DNA of 6,858 nucleotides from a virus: IMG/VR virus record IMGVR_UViG_3300011507_000009, positions 1 to 6,858 of that record; one strand, 5' to 3'. Shown piece by piece: positions 5,394 to 6,858 of this stretch (position 1 is its first letter; each line of letters starts with the position of its first letter). The notes under the pieces were generated by a model. It saw only the letters and a program-made list of their open reading frames with translations, ran no database searches and was not told where the DNA came from. The position numbers and the translations under genes were made by a program.

Positions 5394-5556
5394 TGAAGCC
5401 AAAGCGCGGCGGAACCACTGCAACTTCGTGACCTAACCGTCAGCGGTGCTGATGATCCTGGGAGAGCGGCAGAGAGACGCCCGGAGCGGTTCCAGCTGGG
5501 CAGATCGGGGCGCGGGTTGGGTTGGTAGCTGGACAGTAGAGCGAGGATCGCGAAGA

Positions 5557-5593
5557 GCCCCTGGCGAGCCGTTGAGGCCGTCGGGGGCTTTTT
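5557..5593 (+). terminator. Candidate rho-independent terminator on the plus strand
   Basis: GCCCCTGGCG (5557-5566) pairs with CGTCGGGGGC (5579-5588), giving 10 bp including 2 G-U pairs, followed by TTTTT (5589-5593). No T-run follows it on the other strand. Confidence 0.5.
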
Positions 5594-5704
5594 CGTTGAG
5601 GGGAGATCGGCCGCTGCGCGGGTATCGTCGCGGGAACCGCGAAGTAATCAGTCCAGGGTGTGCAGGCGACTAATCGCCGCGAGCGGCGAGGTCGAGGCAG
5701 CAGG

Positions 5705-5959
5705 TCACTCGTACAGGTCAGACTGTCCGGTTTTCTCAAGAAGCTGAGCAGCAGAGGCGCGGGCCTGCTCGATGATGTGGCGAAGCCGACGAATCTCGGT
5801 TCGCTGGCTGTCGATGACTTCGTGCAGCTCCTGATTCTTGCGGTGCAGGTCGATTGCATCGAATGCGGCCATTCTGAATGCCTTGCTGGCAACCTTCTGG
5901 CCGTAATGCATCTTGAGGCGGTCGCCTTCCTCGTTCGTGACGTCGAATTTGATCAGCAT
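5705..5959 (-). CDS. 84-aa protein: RHH-like N-terminus plus predicted coiled-coil C-terminus (Mnt-like architecture), function unknown
   Basis: It lies in the frame of track ORF 5705..6037, and the internal ATG 5959 has AAGGAA about 10 nt upstream. The sequence is MLIKFDVTNEEGDRLKMHYGQKVASKAFRMAAFDAIDLHRKNQELHEVIDSQRTEIRRLRHIIEQARASAAQLLEKTGQSDLYE. The region upstream of M27 in the track ORF is Arg-rich junk. Confidence 0.6.
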   Translation of the reverse strand: MLIKFDVTNEEGDRLKMHYGQKVASKAFRMAAFDAIDLHRKNQELHEVIDSQRTEIRRLRHIIEQARASAAQLLEKTGQSDLYE

Positions 5960-6015
5960 TTTAGTACCGTTCCTTTTGTCCTGGTTGGTTCCTCGACGAG
6001 GAAAACAGTACCAAA

Positions 6016-6231
6016 TCAATCTTCGCCGAGAGCCCAATTCAGGCCGTCACGCAGAGCATAAGCAACAAGGCCATAACCAACATTCGACTCAATGTGAACG
6101 CCGCCATCAGGGCCAATGATGCGGAACTCATAACTCCCATTGTCGCCGTCCCCGAACACCTCAACGACGTGATGACCATCGACGTCGATACGGTGAAAGG
6201 TAGTAACGTCATCAGTAAACTTAAGTACCAT
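6016..6231 (-). CDS. 71-aa acidic, beta-rich protein of unknown function
   Basis: It lies in the frame of track ORF 6016..6309, and the internal ATG 6231 has a strong AGGAG 7 nt upstream. The sequence is MVLKFTDDVTTFHRIDVDGHHVVEVFGDGDNGSYEFRIIGPDGGVHIESNVGYGLVAYALRDGLNWALGED. Confidence 0.6.
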   Translation of the reverse strand: MVLKFTDDVTTFHRIDVDGHHVVEVFGDGDNGSYEFRIIGPDGGVHIESNVGYGLVAYALRDGLNWALGED

Positions 6232-6265
6232 TTTAGCGCTCCTGGTTTCGTCCTGGTATGCGCTT

Positions 6266-6352
6266 ATGGTACCAAAACGGAAAGAGGGCAGCAAGTGTTT
6301 TGGTACCATTTTTCATCCTGGAAGATCTTGCTCGAGGAGCAAAATGGTACCA
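6266..6352. promoter_or_regulatory. Cluster of three TGGTACCA palindromes forming two nested perfect inverted repeats, a candidate operator/iteron array upstream of the 71-aa ORF
   Basis: ATGGTACCAAAAC (6266-6278) pairs with GTTTTGGTACCAT (6297-6309): 13 bp perfect, 18-bp spacer. TGGTACCATTTT (6301-6312) pairs with AAAATGGTACCA (6341-6352): 12 bp perfect, 28-bp spacer. Confidence 0.6.
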
Positions 6353-6358
6353 CTCGCC

Positions 6359-6462
6359 TCGCATAATCCGCCGTTATGTTACGCCTGCCCTACGGGCTGC
6401 GCTGGCCGCAGGATAGTCCCAGCGCAACGGCTCAACATAACGCCGAGCCTCGATTATGCGAA
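6359..6462. other. Forked ~100-nt hairpin made of two inverted dif-like sites: candidate single-stranded XerCD attP, alternatively the packaging-signal hairpin
   Basis: Paired arms are cGCATAATC/GATTATGCg (6360-6368/6452-6460), CGTTATGTT/AACATAACG (6372-6380/6434-6442) and TGCGCTGG/CCAGCGCA (6398-6405/6419-6426). There is a side stem GCCC-tac-GGGC (6387-6397). It begins 10 nt after the Zot stop. Confidence 0.55.
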
Positions 6463-6470
6463 GCGCCCAT

Positions 6471-6858
6471 CTAAAGCTTAGGCATCGGCCTGGGCACATA
6501 TTGCGCCTTAACGGGTTCAGACGATGAACTGGATGAAATCAACGAAGCAAGTTGCAGGTCAGCGCCCGCGTGCCTGCCGGCTCCGCCGTCCGTCCCACGG
6601 TCACCGCCTGCAACCTGCTGGCGATCAGGCTTCGTATCATCGAAGAGCCCGTTCGTCACAACATTCATGCAGAACTCGAAGCTGACATCAACACGGGTCC
6701 CCTGCTGGGAATTGCATCGACAGCCCGCCAGATTGCCGTCCTGATCGTAACCAACGGACATACGCCGCGAGTTGCGCTTGAGCATTTCAAGATCGCTAGT
6801 GGATACGCAGAACGGCTTCGGGAAAGTCACCGGCTGGGCGATCTGGTCATATCTCGGA
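6471..6858 (-). CDS. zot: Zot / pI assembly protein, C-terminal (periplasmic) portion. 6736-6858 duplicates 1-123.
   Basis: Same frame as the 929->1 segment. The track ORF 6471..6830 begins at an internal GTG. It ends with TAG at 6473-6471. Confidence 0.85.
   Translation of the reverse strand, partial: PRYDQIAQPVTFPKPFCVSTSDLEMLKRNSRRMSVGYDQDGNLAGCRCNSQQGTRVDVSFEFCMNVVTNGLFDDTKPDRQQVAGGDRGTDGGAGRHAGADLQLASLISSSSSSEPVKAQYVPRPMPKL
6736..6858. repeat. Right copy of the exact 123-nt terminal direct repeat
   Basis: Identical to 1-123. Confidence 0.9.

Larger units (their letters stand above)
1..6735 (-). mobile_element. Complete circular filamentous-phage (Inoviridae-like) genome unit of 6,735 bp: rep / ssDNA-binding / coat / adsorption / pVI-like / Zot-pI, plus a regulatory-accessory region
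   Basis: Exact 123-nt overlap of the window ends. The Zot reading frame closes in frame across the junction. The gene order and protein features of each module fit inoviruses, and genes are tightly packed with stop/start overlaps. Confidence 0.85.

Noticed and set aside
5232-5423. 63-aa minus-strand ORF
   Set aside because: It is mostly antisense to the 65-aa plus-strand gene and runs through the hairpin cluster. It has no SD.
5347-5436. 29-aa plus-strand ORF starting inside the first hairpin
   Set aside because: It has no SD, its start codon is buried in a perfect stem, and its composition has no peptide-like features.
5440-5892. ORFs 5440..5892 (-), 5446..5673 (+) and 5660..6061 (+) in or next to the intergenic region
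   Set aside because: They have a low-complexity Arg/Gly/Ser/Pro composition and no SD. They span obvious hairpin and terminator structures or run antisense to the 84-aa gene.
6094-6481. Plus-strand ORFs 6094..6366 and 6266..6481
   Set aside because: They run antisense to the 71-aa gene and across the palindrome array and attP-like hairpin. They have no SD, and the region is better explained as cis-acting DNA.

Overview
The window is a complete, circularly closed filamentous-phage (inovirus-type) genome. One unit is 6,735 bp, written with a 123-nt exact terminal overlap (1-123 = 6736-6858). The core genes lie on the minus strand in canonical inovirus order: pII/RstA-type replication initiator (5011->3749), two coupled micro-ORFs, a pV-position ssDNA-binding candidate, a 70-aa membrane protein, a 62-aa major coat precursor, an intrinsic terminator, a 23-aa hydrophobic micro-ORF, a pIII-like adsorption protein with a Gly-rich repeat linker, a DUF2523/pVI-like protein, and a Zot/pI assembly ATPase. 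The Zot gene is missing from the ORF track because it runs across the window junction; joined, it is 1,194 nt (397 aa). There is no secretin and no integrase gene. The accessory and regulatory third (5012-6470) holds the unusual features. These are a divergent 65-aa ribbon-helix-helix-like ORF, with a perfect 12-bp palindrome inside the candidate rep promoter. A ~380-bp hairpin-rich intergenic region follows. Next is an orphan two-gene module (71 aa + 84 aa) embedded in a clustered array of TGGTACCA palindromes. Directly after the Zot stop lies a ~100-nt forked hairpin built from two inverted dif-like sites with over-long central regions, which resembles a CTXphi-style single-stranded XerCD attP. 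The 5' third of the adsorption gene plus the 23-aa ORF form a sharply bounded low-GC island, suggesting a swapped receptor-binding module. All calls come from reading the sequence and from remembered family features; no database search was possible.
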